Shown here: positions 9,735-19,470 of the stretch, piece after piece
Position numbering within the stretch: the first letter of the stretch is position 1
How the letters are laid out: every line of letters begins with the position of its first letter
Source: Bacteroidales bacterium UBA7569
GTDB lineage: Bacteria > Bacteroidota > Bacteroidia > Bacteroidales > Paludibacteraceae
Length of the DNA: 64,000 nt
Assembly: GCA_002477945.1 (NCBI GenBank)
Contig: DLLF01000033.1
Location: 45,316-109,315 of the forward strand
Direction: 5' to 3'
Notes under the pieces: generated by a model
Seen by the model: the letters and a program-made list of their open reading frames with translations, nothing else
What the model was told of the DNA's origin: nothing
Databases searched by the model: none
Program-made: the position numbers and the translations under genes

Positions 9735-9889
9735 CTTGGATCCTGTGCGTATCAACCTGTTTGCCTGTATCTTTTCAGGTATCCCATAATTTGACTGTCA
9801 GTAAGGATTGATGAAATGGAATGGTATGAATCATTATTTTTCCTTATGTCAGATTATGTCTGACTCAAATGAGTATACTGTGAGGTTTC

Positions 9890-9933
9890 TACGACCCCTT
9901 AAGCCGACCTGACCGACCCCTCAACGAGATGTC
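9890..9933 (+). repeat. 11-bp periodic array, copy 2
   Basis: Units: tacgacccctt|aagccgacctg|accgacccctc|aacgagatgtc. Lies in the uxaA-to-glxK convergent gap. Confidence 0.85.
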
Positions 9934-10104
9934 GATAATATAGATCCCATCCCATCCTTTGGAGGGAATGGGAGATCCAAATTGTCCAATCGTAGATAAT
10001 ATACTCCATCAACGGTGCTCCCAAGAGCGTCTCGATAAAATAGAGTTAGAGTAAAATCCGAGTGTCAGCGGGTCTGCAACTTTGCGGCATAGTATCGGTA
10101 CGTC

Positions 10105-10144
10105 TTCCATTAAGACCGGTTGGATTGAACCGGTCTTAATGGAA
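10105..10144. repeat. perfect 17-bp inverted repeat with 6-nt loop
   Basis: ttccattaagaccggtt-ggattg-aaccggtcttaatggaa. Lies 99 nt beyond the glxK stop. No U/T tract on either strand. Confidence 0.9.
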
Positions 10145-10242
10145 CATCTTCTGTACGGCGGCTTTCGTAACATTGGAATTGCTCACGGTATGGATTACCA
10201 CCATTCCCGTTAGTGCCTTGGTTGGTGCGGGAGGCTATGGTG

Positions 10243-11304
10243 TTATGTCCCTTTTCTTGTGATATATTTCTCGACGGAAAGCCCCCTTGCACAGTTTTTG
10301 AGTTGTTTGTATGCGTAAGTTTCTTGCATGATGAGCCGCTTGTCTGTGTCCGATGTGTTAATGCATAGCACATCGGCAAAGCCTGCAGCGGATAGGTCCT
10401 CTTTGTCGCGGACTTCGCCGGCCATGACAACTACCGGCACACTATACTGTTTGGCGTGCTGAAGTACACCGAAAGGAACTTTTCCCGATAGAGTCTGTTT
10501 GTCCGAACGCCCCTCTGCCGTTACAATAAGATCCGCTTCTTTTGCCCGTCTGTCAAAGTCTGAGAGGTGAAGCAGATAGTCAATGCCGGAATATAGGTGG
10601 GCATGAAAGAATGTCAGAAAAGCATAGCCTAATCCTCCTGCCGCTCCTGCGCCTGGAGTGAAGGCATGTTTCTCTCCGTGTAATCGGGCAAAAGTGCGGA
10701 GATAATCATCTAATAACTTCACTTCCTCGGTGTTGGCTCCTTTTTGAGGGGCAAAGACGCAGGCGGCTCCGTCTTTGCCATACAAGGGATTGTTCACATC
10801 GCATAGTATTGTGTATGTACAGTTCAGAAGTTCTCCGAATCCGTTTCCGCCGATGGCTTCTATCATTCCTGCACCCGCATCACACGTGGCACTGCCACCC
10901 AATCCCACAATGAAATGCCTGTTGCCATCTCTGTAGGCAGCCGATAATTGCTCACCGAGACCGGATGTCGTTGCTCGCATTGGATCCCTTTCTTCCTGTG
11001 ACAATAAAGTTAAACCGCATGTCTCGGCCACTTCTATGACGGCCGTTTTCTTGTCGGGCAGTTGCAGGTATCGGGCCGTGTGTTTTCTCCTCAACGGGTC
11101 GCAGACTGCTGTCGTTTTGTATTCGCCGCCGCATATGGAACGGATAGCCTCCATCGTACCCTCGCCTCCGTCTGCCAACGGCATTTTCTTGAGGATGAGT
11201 TCATGGGAAGCCTGCCACAAACCTTCTGCTATGGCGTTGGCGGCCTGCTGTGCGGAACAACTTCCTTTCAGAGAGTCAGGAACGATTAGGATAGAGCGTA
11301 TCAC
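10243..11304 (-). CDS. glxK: glycerate kinase
   Basis: 353 aa. N-terminus ILIVPDSLKGSCSAQQAANAI, then PLADGGEGT and GLGGSATCDAGAGM, typical of glycerate kinase. Overlaps the upstream gene end by 29 nt. Confidence 0.88.
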   Translation of the reverse strand: MIRSILIVPDSLKGSCSAQQAANAIAEGLWQASHELILKKMPLADGGEGTMEAIRSICGGEYKTTAVCDPLRRKHTARYLQLPDKKTAVIEVAETCGLTLLSQEERDPMRATTSGLGEQLSAAYRDGNRHFIVGLGGSATCDAGAGMIEAIGGNGFGELLNCTYTILCDVNNPLYGKDGAACVFAPQKGANTEEVKLLDDYLRTFARLHGEKHAFTPGAGAAGGLGYAFLTFFHAHLYSGIDYLLHLSDFDRRAKEADLIVTAEGRSDKQTLSGKVPFGVLQHAKQYSVPVVVMAGEVRDKEDLSAAGFADVLCINTSDTDKRLIMQETYAYKQLKNCARGLSVEKYITRKGT

Positions 11305-11845
11305 AAAGATTGCGGATTATTTGGACGGTCGTATCAATGTCTATGGTTGTAGTGTTGATACATAAGTCATAGTTATTGGCTTCTCCCCATCTTCCGTTGG
11401 TATAGAAATTATAATATGCCTCTCTTTGCTTGTCGGTCTTTTCTATCAATTCTTCGGCGTGCTTGGCAGATAAAGAGAGCCTTTTCTCCAAGCGCTTGAC
11501 TCTCTCCGCCTTATTGCAGGAGAGAAAGATATTCAGGCAATCTTTCCTGTCGCGGAGAATATAATCCGCACATCTGCCCACAAAAATACAATTCCCCGCT
11601 GTGGCTAACTTCCGAATAACTTGACTCTGAATTTGAAACAACTCTGGATTACCCCCGCCAAGGGCGTACATGTAAGGATTGTAAACCTCGTCTGCTCGGA
11701 CAAACAAGTTGGCGTCGAAGTTACTTACTCGGGCAGCCTCAAGGAGAAGTTCTTTGTCATAGTATTTTAAAGAAAGAACCGCGGAAAGAGCCTGACCTAC
11801 TGCCCGTCCGCCCGCGGCAAGTTCTCTGCCTATGTTGATAATCAT
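11276..11845 (-). CDS. cytidylate kinase-like family protein
   Basis: Start moved to internal ATG 11845 (MIINIGRELAAGGRAVGQ...), which removes the overlap with dacB. A TAnnTTTG box lies 27 nt upstream. Resembles the Cytidylate_kin2-type family. Confidence 0.7.
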   Translation of the reverse strand: MIINIGRELAAGGRAVGQALSAVLSLKYYDKELLLEAARVSNFDANLFVRADEVYNPYMYALGGGNPELFQIQSQVIRKLATAGNCIFVGRCADYILRDRKDCLNIFLSCNKAERVKRLEKRLSLSAKHAEELIEKTDKQREAYYNFYTNGRWGEANNYDLCINTTTIDIDTTVQIIRNLCDTLYPNRS

Positions 11846-11871
11846 ACGGTTATTATGTAAGGTTACACTTG

Positions 11872-11879
11872 CAAAGGTA
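11872..11879 (-). promoter_or_regulatory. -7 box TACCTTTG (cytidylate-kinase-like/glxK operon)
   Basis: Matches TAnnTTTG on the minus strand, 27 nt upstream of ATG 11845. Confidence 0.4.
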
Positions 11880-11930
11880 ATATGTTTTTTGTAATTTCGC
11901 ACTCCCGAACGAAGAATATGAACGAAAGAA

Positions 11931-13352
11931 ATGAATAGAATCACGCTATTAGGTATTGGTTTATTGGTGAACGTGGCTCTGATGGCTCAAGCGGATCCTG
12001 TGCAGAAAATCCTTGCAAATGAATGTACTAAAAATGCCAATGTCAGCATTTGTGTGCAAAATCTTTCTACGGGAAAAACGTTGACAACCTGTCGGTCACA
12101 GGCAGTGGTACCGCCCGCTTCGGTTATGAAAGTTATCACATCGGCAACAGCGTTGGAAGTGCTTGGCGAAGATTTCCGGTTCTCTACATTCTTGGAAACC
12201 GACGGGGCAATAGAGAATGGTGTACTCAAAGGCAATCTCTATATACGGGGTACTGGAGATCCTACTCTCGGAAGTATGAAAGTAGGCAACCGCTCTTTCT
12301 TGTATAAATGGGTTCAAGCACTCAAAACGCTCGGGATACGGGAGATTCAAGGTGATGTTATTTCTGATGCATCTTTTTTTGATGGCGACGCAATCAATCC
12401 GCAATGGATATGGGAAGATATAGGTAACTACTATGCACCAGGCATATATGCCCTTCCCTATATGGACAATACCTTGAACGTACAACTGCGAAGTGCTGCG
12501 GTGGGGAGTGTTGCAGAAGTAGTGAAGACGATCCCGTATATAGAGGGACTTGCTTTCGAGAATCACATACGCTGTACCTCTATCACCTATGATGGAGCAT
12601 ACATTCACGGAGTTCCATACAGCAATGTGCGCTATTTGGTAGGGAGCGTTCCGAGCAATCGTGGCATATTTGGCGTCAGAGGAGACATTCCAAACCCTCC
12701 TCTTTTGCTGGCACAGCACTTCTGCATGCGCTTGCGTGAAGCGGGCATAATGGTACGCGGACATGCTGACTATCAAACAGAAACATCCGTTTCGCTACGC
12801 ACTGCCATTTATACACATTTCTCTGAACCGCTTCTTGATATAATCAAAGAAGTCAATCAACAATCTAACAACTTGTATGCGGAGCAAGTCTTCCGTTATT
12901 TGGGAAGTTTGATATCCACACCTTGCACTATTGCCAATTCAGTTGAAGTGGAACGTAATTGTTGGAGAAACAGGGGGATATTCTTGAATTCATCGTTCAT
13001 TATGGACGGCTGCGGCTTGGCTCCGCAAGATGCACTCTCTTCTGAAACATTGGTGCAAGTCCTTTCCTATATGTGGAGGGGAAATCACCGCCAGGCGTTT
13101 CTCGAATCGCTGCCGGTTGCAGGGAAATCTGGTACGTTGAAGTCATTCCTGTGTGGTACTCCTCTCGAAGGAAAAGTGCTGGCTAAAAGCGGAACTACCT
13201 CGCGCATAAAGAGTTATGCAGGTTATATTTATCTCCCGAACAACCAAACCTTGGCATTTGCAGTCATCGTCAACAATGCAAATTGCAAACCGAAGGTCGT
13301 GCAACATATAATAGAATCATTTCTGATAGATGTTTATCAAGCAAACCGATAG
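11931..13352 (+). CDS. dacB: D-alanyl-D-alanine carboxypeptidase/endopeptidase (PBP4, S13 family)
   Basis: 473 aa with signal peptide, SxxK motif SVMKVITS, a GDP motif (IRGTGDPTLGS) and KSGT (AKSGTTSRIKSYAGY). Confidence 0.88.
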   Translation: MNRITLLGIGLLVNVALMAQADPVQKILANECTKNANVSICVQNLSTGKTLTTCRSQAVVPPASVMKVITSATALEVLGEDFRFSTFLETDGAIENGVLKGNLYIRGTGDPTLGSMKVGNRSFLYKWVQALKTLGIREIQGDVISDASFFDGDAINPQWIWEDIGNYYAPGIYALPYMDNTLNVQLRSAAVGSVAEVVKTIPYIEGLAFENHIRCTSITYDGAYIHGVPYSNVRYLVGSVPSNRGIFGVRGDIPNPPLLLAQHFCMRLREAGIMVRGHADYQTETSVSLRTAIYTHFSEPLLDIIKEVNQQSNNLYAEQVFRYLGSLISTPCTIANSVEVERNCWRNRGIFLNSSFIMDGCGLAPQDALSSETLVQVLSYMWRGNHRQAFLESLPVAGKSGTLKSFLCGTPLEGKVLAKSGTTSRIKSYAGYIYLPNNQTLAFAVIVNNANCKPKVVQHIIESFLIDVYQANR

Positions 13353-14094
13353 TACCAATTCTTTGCTGTACAACTTGTCTGTTGCGCAGAATTTGCAGGA
13401 AGGATTTACTATCTATACCGATTTCCAAACGTCTGGTCGTGGGCAGCAGGGTAATTCGTGGGAAAGTGCAGAGGGCCAAAACCTCCTCTTTTCAACCCTC
13501 TTTTGTTTACGTGACCTCCCTATTCAACGGCAATTTCTTTTGTCTGAACTGGTTCCTTTGGCAATAGTGAATGTGTTGGAGCAATACGCGCCGGATATTA
13601 CTGTCAAGTGGCCCAATGACATCTATTGGAGAGATAATAAACTTGGTGGTATCCTTATTGAGAATTTTCTTCAAGGCGGTTACATTGAGAAAAGCATTGT
13701 CGGTGTGGGACTGAATATTAACCAGGTTAAATTCCTGAGTAATGCACCAAATCCGGTATCTCTGAAATGCATTCTCGGAAAAGACCTCTCACGGGAAAAA
13801 CTATTACATGAAATTCTCGATGAATTCAAAAATTTACGTCCTCTTTTGCATCAGCCCGAAGTGTTGAAACGACGTTATATGGAGTGTCTTTACCGCCGTG
13901 AGGGCTATTTCCCCTATGTGGAAGTTCCTTGCTCTTCCGAACCTATGCGAATTGCTCAACACGATGTCAACGGTAGTTTTTTGGCAAAGATTACAGATGT
14001 TTCAGAAACGGGATGTTTGGTTCTGCAGGATAAACAAGGAAAACAAAGGACCTACCATTTCAAGGAAGTACGATACATTATCGATCCGAGATGA
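13330..14094 (+). CDS. birA: biotin--[acetyl-CoA-carboxylase] ligase
   Basis: 254 aa with GRGQQGNSWES and KWPNDIYW..KLGGILIE motifs. No N-terminal HTH domain is apparent. Confidence 0.88.
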   Translation: MFIKQTDSTNSLLYNLSVAQNLQEGFTIYTDFQTSGRGQQGNSWESAEGQNLLFSTLFCLRDLPIQRQFLLSELVPLAIVNVLEQYAPDITVKWPNDIYWRDNKLGGILIENFLQGGYIEKSIVGVGLNINQVKFLSNAPNPVSLKCILGKDLSREKLLHEILDEFKNLRPLLHQPEVLKRRYMECLYRREGYFPYVEVPCSSEPMRIAQHDVNGSFLAKITDVSETGCLVLQDKQGKQRTYHFKEVRYIIDPR

Positions 14095-15619
14095 CAACAG
14101 GAAGACGCTCTCTGATTGTTTTTCCTGTGTTAGGATTGATAAATTCGCATTGCATTACGTATATGCCGATCTCTCCTACATGATTGTTTGTGAACGTTCC
14201 GTCCCAAATCAATACTCCTTCTGTGGATACAACGCTGTTTTTGTAAGGATATGCCACCAAGGTACCCCGTGGAGTAAAGATGCGCAGGGTGATGGTGTAT
14301 CCTTCTGTGGGTAGCAGATAATGAATGAGACAAACATCCTCTATGCCGTCACCATTGGGCGAAAAACTCTCTTGTTCAAGCCAAACGTGGTGTTCCGTGC
14401 CAAGATTTCCGGTATTTGATATATCTCTATATTGCGAGTTTTGTTCTCCCGGTGTCGCATAACCTCTATCTTTGCTTGCAGAATGCCATGAAGTGGATTC
14501 GTCGCTTGGCAGGTTGGGATTAATCTTTTCCAATGAAACGCCCTTTGTCTCGTCTAATAGCGGGTGATGCCATTTCGGGGAATAACCTACTGAATCCAAC
14601 ACTACGATACTGTCTTTTCTTTCCGTGGTTTTTATGAGATAAATAGTTGTCCCATTGTTTGACAGTTTCCTTGACCAAGTGCATGACCAAATATTATCGC
14701 TTTGTATGGTTCCGTGAAAAGCAATGAAGTTGTCTGCGTCTTTGCATAAAACGGCATAGTCATTAGCCTCCATAAATGAGAAAGAAGGGAATTTGTTGGG
14801 TGAAAGAAACTCTCCGTCTTGGTTTTTAGTGGTCAATCCTATTTGTGATAAGTCCGTTGCGAGACTGTCTTTGTTGTAGATCTCTATATATTCCTGCCCT
14901 CCTTCTGCGGGGTCAAACATGATTTCATTAATAACTAAATCTCCGTCACCTGTTTCCGTCTCTGCCGAATCATCAATATCTCCTTGTGCGATAATATCAT
15001 CTGCATAATAGCAGTCGCCTGTCTGTTTCGTGTTTCGTACAAGAATACTGAACCATTCACACCTCCCGATTTTCCCTATAAAACATTTGCCTTCCAAGAT
15101 GTAATCTGCATCTCTCCCAATTACTTTGCTGTATAAATATATTTCGCCCTTTTCATCGATAGAAATTCTAACTTGTACTTTGTTGTCTTCATTGGATAGT
15201 ATCTGTTTGCGTTCGTTGTTGGCGATGAGTAGTTTGCGCACATCTCCATGTTGCTGATAGAGGGCGATATTTTTGTCTGCTCCTCCTGCTTGCACATACA
15301 AACCATTACCTTGTACCGGATTTTCTGTGCTGGATACAATGTAAATGCGTATATAGTTGTATGATGAGGGTTCACATGCAATTCTGCACCAAAACGACCA
15401 TTCGGCATGCGAATTAACTTTACAGCGGGTGGAGAGATAACTTAGGGCTGCACCATTTGCTTTGGTTTGTAATTGTTTCCATGGGTTGATGGCAAAGTTC
15501 TCATATTGACCTACCCATTGGGGATCATTTGTATAATCACTATCGGTAAAACACTCGGTGAATTGGGCTTGTAAAGATGTACAGATTGACAATAGTATAA
15601 GTAAAAAGGACTTCTTCAT
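14078..15619 (-). CDS. lamin-tail-domain secreted protein with T9SS type-B (CHU_C-like) C-terminal domain
   Basis: Start at ATG 15619 (MKKSFLLILLSICTSLQAQ). LTD-like LVINEIMFDPAEGGQEYIEIYN. C-terminus SFSPNGDGIEDV...LRIFTPRGTLV...LIWDGT...GIYVMQ matches the gliding-motility-associated C-terminal domain pattern. Confidence 0.65.
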   Translation of the reverse strand: MKKSFLLILLSICTSLQAQFTECFTDSDYTNDPQWVGQYENFAINPWKQLQTKANGAALSYLSTRCKVNSHAEWSFWCRIACEPSSYNYIRIYIVSSTENPVQGNGLYVQAGGADKNIALYQQHGDVRKLLIANNERKQILSNEDNKVQVRISIDEKGEIYLYSKVIGRDADYILEGKCFIGKIGRCEWFSILVRNTKQTGDCYYADDIIAQGDIDDSAETETGDGDLVINEIMFDPAEGGQEYIEIYNKDSLATDLSQIGLTTKNQDGEFLSPNKFPSFSFMEANDYAVLCKDADNFIAFHGTIQSDNIWSCTWSRKLSNNGTTIYLIKTTERKDSIVVLDSVGYSPKWHHPLLDETKGVSLEKINPNLPSDESTSWHSASKDRGYATPGEQNSQYRDISNTGNLGTEHHVWLEQESFSPNGDGIEDVCLIHYLLPTEGYTITLRIFTPRGTLVAYPYKNSVVSTEGVLIWDGTFTNNHVGEIGIYVMQCEFINPNTGKTIRERLPVVISDR

Positions 15620-15889
15620 TGTGTGATATTCATGATATTTTTGTTGGAATGAATAAGCATACTGCAAATTTCGATAAAGTTCTTCATATTTGCAAATTGC
15701 GTTACGCCAATAGCAGGGCAATCCTGTCCTATGGTAACAAAAGGTTGAGTTTGAACGTAATGGAATGGTAGTACTGACGTAGTATTTGTTTTATGCCCGA
15801 GGTCTTATTCTAATAAGGTACTAAGAAGACCATTCATTAAGGGCTTTCGCTTCTTATTATGTCATGCGTTGTTGTCCCTGCCAGACTTC

Positions 15890-15944
15890 AAGGACACCTC
15901 AACGAGACCTGAAGCACACCTGAATGAGACCTGAAGCACGATAA
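15890..15944 (+). repeat. 11-bp periodic array, copy 3
   Basis: Units: aaggacacctc|aacgagacctg|aagcacacctg|aatgagacctg|aagcacgataa. A possible degenerate unit tgccagacttc lies just upstream. Sits between two minus-strand genes. Confidence 0.88.
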
Positions 15945-15980
15945 AAAAGGCTACTACTCTTTCAGAAAGTAGCAGCCTTT
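15941..15980 (-). terminator. intrinsic terminator of the OM beta-barrel gene
   Basis: Stem aaggctactact/agtagcagcctt with one mismatch. The minus-strand reading is followed by tttttt. Confidence 0.65.
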
Positions 15981-16000
15981 ATATAGCAATGAAAATGATT

Positions 16001-16942
16001 TTAGTAATTGCGGTAAATTCCGCGGTATCCGTCTCGGCAGATAACACAAGCCTTTCGTTCCGGCAATTGGAACAATACGGTGAACTTAACGCCAACCAGC
16101 AGGTTGTTAACGGCTTTGGGCGCGCGGTTTGTTGATAAAACATCGTTCATGCCGATATAGTTCAGGCAGTCATAATCTATCACTGCATCAGTCCATGTGA
16201 AAAATTCTTTCTGCCCGCGTTGATGCAAATCCAATAAGCCATAGTCGGCAAACAAGGCGATGCGGTAGATCGTTTTAGGTTTAGGTACATCGTACCCCGT
16301 CCCTTTGGCAACCAACCCTAAACGCCATCCTATTTCGGCAGAAGCCATTACATTAGGGTTGAATTGTATTTTTCCCTGTTGTGCATTAAACTCGGCATTC
16401 TCATAGAACCCGTGCTCAGGCATATTGGTGAACTTGTCTATAAAACCGAGTGTCTTCGTGTAGTCGCCAACTGTCCGGACCGTTGCCTTTACATTGGTGG
16501 CGCAATTCACGCTCAAATCAAACTTGGCACCGGCTAAGAAGTAAAAACGTCCGAATTCACCGCCTATCATCAAGGGAACTTGAATACTGGTGTTGGTATA
16601 TACATCTTTCCTCTTGTTGGTGGAAATGATGAATTCCAAAGGATCTCCTTGTGTGTCAATAGCATTAAATGTCGATTCTCCCCCGCTTAAATTGAAAGCG
16701 GAGTGGGCTATATTTGCAGATAAACCGACTGTAAATAGAAAATGATTGGCATTCAATTCATAACCGACACCCAATCCTCCGCCGACACCCATACTCCCAT
16801 TGGTTGGCATATTGTCCAACTTACTCAAGAGTGATGCTTCTCCCACATTCCCCCACAGCGAAATGTAGTTTTTCACTTGAGCCGTTGCAATCACACTGTA
16901 ACACAATAGTAAGCCGATAACTGTGTATAATCTCCTTTTCAT
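16001..16942 (-). CDS. outer-membrane beta-barrel (porin-family) protein
   Basis: Start at ATG 16942 (MKRRLYTVIGLLLCYSVIATAQ). Alternating Gly/aromatic-rich strands and a C-terminal aromatic region. Terminator follows downstream. Confidence 0.6.
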   Translation of the reverse strand: MKRRLYTVIGLLLCYSVIATAQVKNYISLWGNVGEASLLSKLDNMPTNGSMGVGGGLGVGYELNANHFLFTVGLSANIAHSAFNLSGGESTFNAIDTQGDPLEFIISTNKRKDVYTNTSIQVPLMIGGEFGRFYFLAGAKFDLSVNCATNVKATVRTVGDYTKTLGFIDKFTNMPEHGFYENAEFNAQQGKIQFNPNVMASAEIGWRLGLVAKGTGYDVPKPKTIYRIALFADYGLLDLHQRGQKEFFTWTDAVIDYDCLNYIGMNDVLSTNRAPKAVNNLLVGVKFTVLFQLPERKACVICRDGYRGIYRNY

Positions 16943-17108
16943 GATGCCTTCTTGTTTTCTTCCTTGCATATTTGCAAAACTTACACTACCTTTGCGCAAA
17001 GTTTCAGTGTACAAAAATACGACAAAAGATTGAAGCAAGCAAAAAAATAGAAGAAAGTCTGCATTTTTGCTCATTTTTTATACCTTTTGATGCCGCAATC
17101 ATTCTAAA

Positions 17109-19172
17109 ATGACATTTATGAAATTCAAAAGAACACTTGTAACCTCGGCTCTTCCCTATGCGAATGGTCCTGTGCATATCGGACACCTCGCAGGTGTGTA
17201 TGTACCGGCTGACATCTATGTGCGCTATTTGAGGCTGAAGGGAGAGGAGGTTATGTTTATTGGTGGTAGCGACGAACATGGCGTGCCAATCACTATCAAG
17301 GCACGCCGTGAGGGCGTTTCCCCGCAAGACATAGTGGACCGCTATCATACGCTGATTAAAAAATCATTCGAAGAGTTCGGCATCTCTTTCGATATCTACT
17401 CTCGTACAACCTCTGCGCAGCATTGCAAAACGGCATCACAATTCTTCAAGACACTTTACGATAAGGGGGAATTTATTACCAAAACCTCAATGCAGTATTA
17501 TGATGAGGAGGCAAAAACCTTCCTTGCGGATCGCTATATAGTGGGCGAATGTCCTCATTGTCATGCGCAGGGTGCCTATGGTGACCAATGTGAAAAGTGC
17601 GGTTCGTCTTTGTCACCGGATGAATTGATCAACCCTAAATCTGCCATATCGGGTAGCCCGCTCGTAAAACGGGAAACGAAGCATTGGTATCTGCCTCTTG
17701 ATAAACATGAGGCATGGTTGCGCAAGTGGATCTTGGAGGGACATAAAGAGTGGCGTCCGAATGTTTACGGGCAATGTAAGTCTTGGCTGGATCAGGGGCT
17801 GCAACCGCGTGCCGTTAGCCGTGACCTGGATTGGGGAATTCCATTGCCGATAGAAGGAGCGGAAGGAAAAGTTTTGTATGTTTGGTTCGATGCCCCGATT
17901 GGTTACATTTCTAATACGCAGGAACTCTGTGCGGCGAAACCTGAGCGGTTTGGCGACTGGAAAACTTGGTGGAAGTCCGAAGATACCCGCTTGATCCATT
18001 TCATTGGAAAAGACAATATCGTTTTCCATTGTATTGTCTTTCCTGCGATGCTTAAGGCGGAAGGAACTTTTATATTGCCCGATAATGTACCTTCCAACGA
18101 GTTCTTGAACCTGGAAGGTGATAAAATTTCCACATCTCGCAACTGGGCGGTCTGGTTGCATGAGTACCTGCGCGATTTCCCCGGAAAGCAGGATGTCTTG
18201 CGTTATGTTCTCACTGCCAACGCACCGGAAACAAAAGACAATGATTTCACTTGGACTGATTTCCAGGCACGGAATAACAATGAGTTGGTAGCAATCTTTG
18301 GCAACTTCATCAACCGGGCAATGGTTCTTACCCATAAGTATTTCTCTGGGAAAGTGCCTGTCGCGGCTTGGTTTAATGAATATGACCGTCAGACGATTCG
18401 GGAATTCAGTGATGTGAAGCAGCGGCTGGAAGAAAATTTGGATCAGTTCCGTTTCCGCGAAGCGCAAAAAGAGGCTATGAATCTTGCGCGGATTGGAAAT
18501 AAATATCTGGCTGACACCGAACCGTGGAAGTTGGCAAAAACAGATATGGATAGGGTGGGGACTATTCTAAACCTCAGTTTGCAGATTGCGGCAAACTTGA
18601 GCATTGCTTTCGAACCCTTCCTCCCGTTCTCTTCCGCCAAATTGCGTACGATGCTTAATTCGGATGAAGTGCTTTGGAACAGATTGGGAGATACCGACCT
18701 TTTGGAGACCGGACACCAATTGAATGAACCTCAGTTGCTGTTCGAGAAGATAGAGAATGATGCAATACAGGCGCAACTTGACCGCTTGGCACGGATCAAA
18801 GAGGAAAATCAAGTGAAGTTGTTCCAACCCGAAGCCCTGAAAAAGGCGGTAACTATTGATGATTTCGATAAAATTGATATCCGCGTGGGGACTGTGTTGG
18901 AGTGTCAAAAGGTGAAGAAGTCGGATAAACTCCTTCAGTTCCGCATTGATGATGGCATGGGAGGACGAACCATTTTGTCGGGTATTGCTCATAGTTATCC
19001 GGATCCGCAGGTCTTGGTTGGCAAGCAGGTGCTTTTTGTGGCAAATTTCCCACCACGGAAAATGATGGGCATGGAGTCGGAAGGTATGATTCTTTCTGCC
19101 GTGAATGCCGATGGAAAATTGGTGGTAACGACACCTTCAGTGCCTGTGGCAAATGGTGCTTGTGTCGGGTAG
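17109..19172 (+). CDS. metG: methionine--tRNA ligase
   Basis: 687 aa. HIGH motif ([12 protein letters not shown]), Zn-knuckle [23 protein letters not shown]-like KISTSR, and a C-terminal tRNA-binding (EMAP-like) domain. Confidence 0.95.
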   Translation: MTFMKFKRTLVTSALPYANGPVHIGHLAGVYVPADIYVRYLRLKGEEVMFIGGSDEHGVPITIKARREGVSPQDIVDRYHTLIKKSFEEFGISFDIYSRTTSAQHCKTASQFFKTLYDKGEFITKTSMQYYDEEAKTFLADRYIVGECPHCHAQGAYGDQCEKCGSSLSPDELINPKSAISGSPLVKRETKHWYLPLDKHEAWLRKWILEGHKEWRPNVYGQCKSWLDQGLQPRAVSRDLDWGIPLPIEGAEGKVLYVWFDAPIGYISNTQELCAAKPERFGDWKTWWKSEDTRLIHFIGKDNIVFHCIVFPAMLKAEGTFILPDNVPSNEFLNLEGDKISTSRNWAVWLHEYLRDFPGKQDVLRYVLTANAPETKDNDFTWTDFQARNNNELVAIFGNFINRAMVLTHKYFSGKVPVAAWFNEYDRQTIREFSDVKQRLEENLDQFRFREAQKEAMNLARIGNKYLADTEPWKLAKTDMDRVGTILNLSLQIAANLSIAFEPFLPFSSAKLRTMLNSDEVLWNRLGDTDLLETGHQLNEPQLLFEKIENDAIQAQLDRLARIKEENQVKLFQPEALKKAVTIDDFDKIDIRVGTVLECQKVKKSDKLLQFRIDDGMGGRTILSGIAHSYPDPQVLVGKQVLFVANFPPRKMMGMESEGMILSAVNADGKLVVTTPSVPVANGACVG

Positions 19173-19193
19173 CACAAGAAAATAGGTAAAGGC

Positions 19194-19224
19194 TTGCACA
19201 TTTCAAAAACTTGTTGTACCTTTG
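19194..19224 (+). promoter_or_regulatory. -33 TTG / -7 TACCTTTG promoter for tRNA(CAT)
   Basis: TTG at 19194-96 and TACCTTTG at 19217-24 with a 20-nt spacer. The tRNA starts at 19277. Confidence 0.45.
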
Positions 19225-19276
19225 CAACTGTTTCCTCTATGAGATGTATGAAAAGTCTCGTGCAATGAGGGGAAAT

Positions 19277-19350
19277 GGCGGGATAGCTCAGCTGGTTAGA
19301 GCGCATGATTCATAATCATGAGGTCCCCGGTTCAATCCCGGGTCCCGCTA
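19277..19350 (+). tRNA. tRNA with anticodon CAT (elongator tRNA-Met, or tRNA-Ile2 if lysidine-modified); no encoded CCA
   Basis: Hand-folded cloverleaf. Acceptor 19277-83 pairs with 19343-49 (G1:U72 wobble). D arm GCTC/GAGC. Anticodon stem CATGA/TCATG with loop TTCATAA (CAT at 19311-13). T arm CCCGG-TTCAATC-CCGGG. No initiator features (no 1:72 mismatch, no three-G:C anticodon stem). Confidence 0.9.
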
Positions 19351-19351
19351 C

Positions 19352-19390
19352 AAAGAGTTCTGTCTTATGCAGAACTCTTTTGTTGTTATT
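19352..19390 (+). terminator. intrinsic terminator after tRNA(CAT)
   Basis: 11-bp stem aaagagttctg/cagaactcttt, 7-nt loop, then a T-rich tail tgttgttatt. Confidence 0.8.
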
Positions 19391-19470
19391 CTTGAACCTG
19401 CTGATTTGTGAATATGGCTTGAAAGTATTACCTTTACACGCTAAATTATACAACGCCGAATCTGCTTTTT

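Noticed and set aside
10110-10430. 106-aa minus-strand ORF overlapping the 3' end of glxK and the 17-bp hairpin
   Set aside because: It overlaps glycerate kinase in another frame and reads through a perfect hairpin. The composition looks non-protein-like.
16943-17074. Long N-terminal extensions in the ORF track (for example 16001..17074, 14078..15721, 37465..38994, 11276..11944 and 3489..5807)
   Set aside because: In each case an internal ATG gives a canonical signal peptide or a conserved N-terminus. That choice also removes overlaps with neighbouring genes or promoters, so the shorter starts were used.
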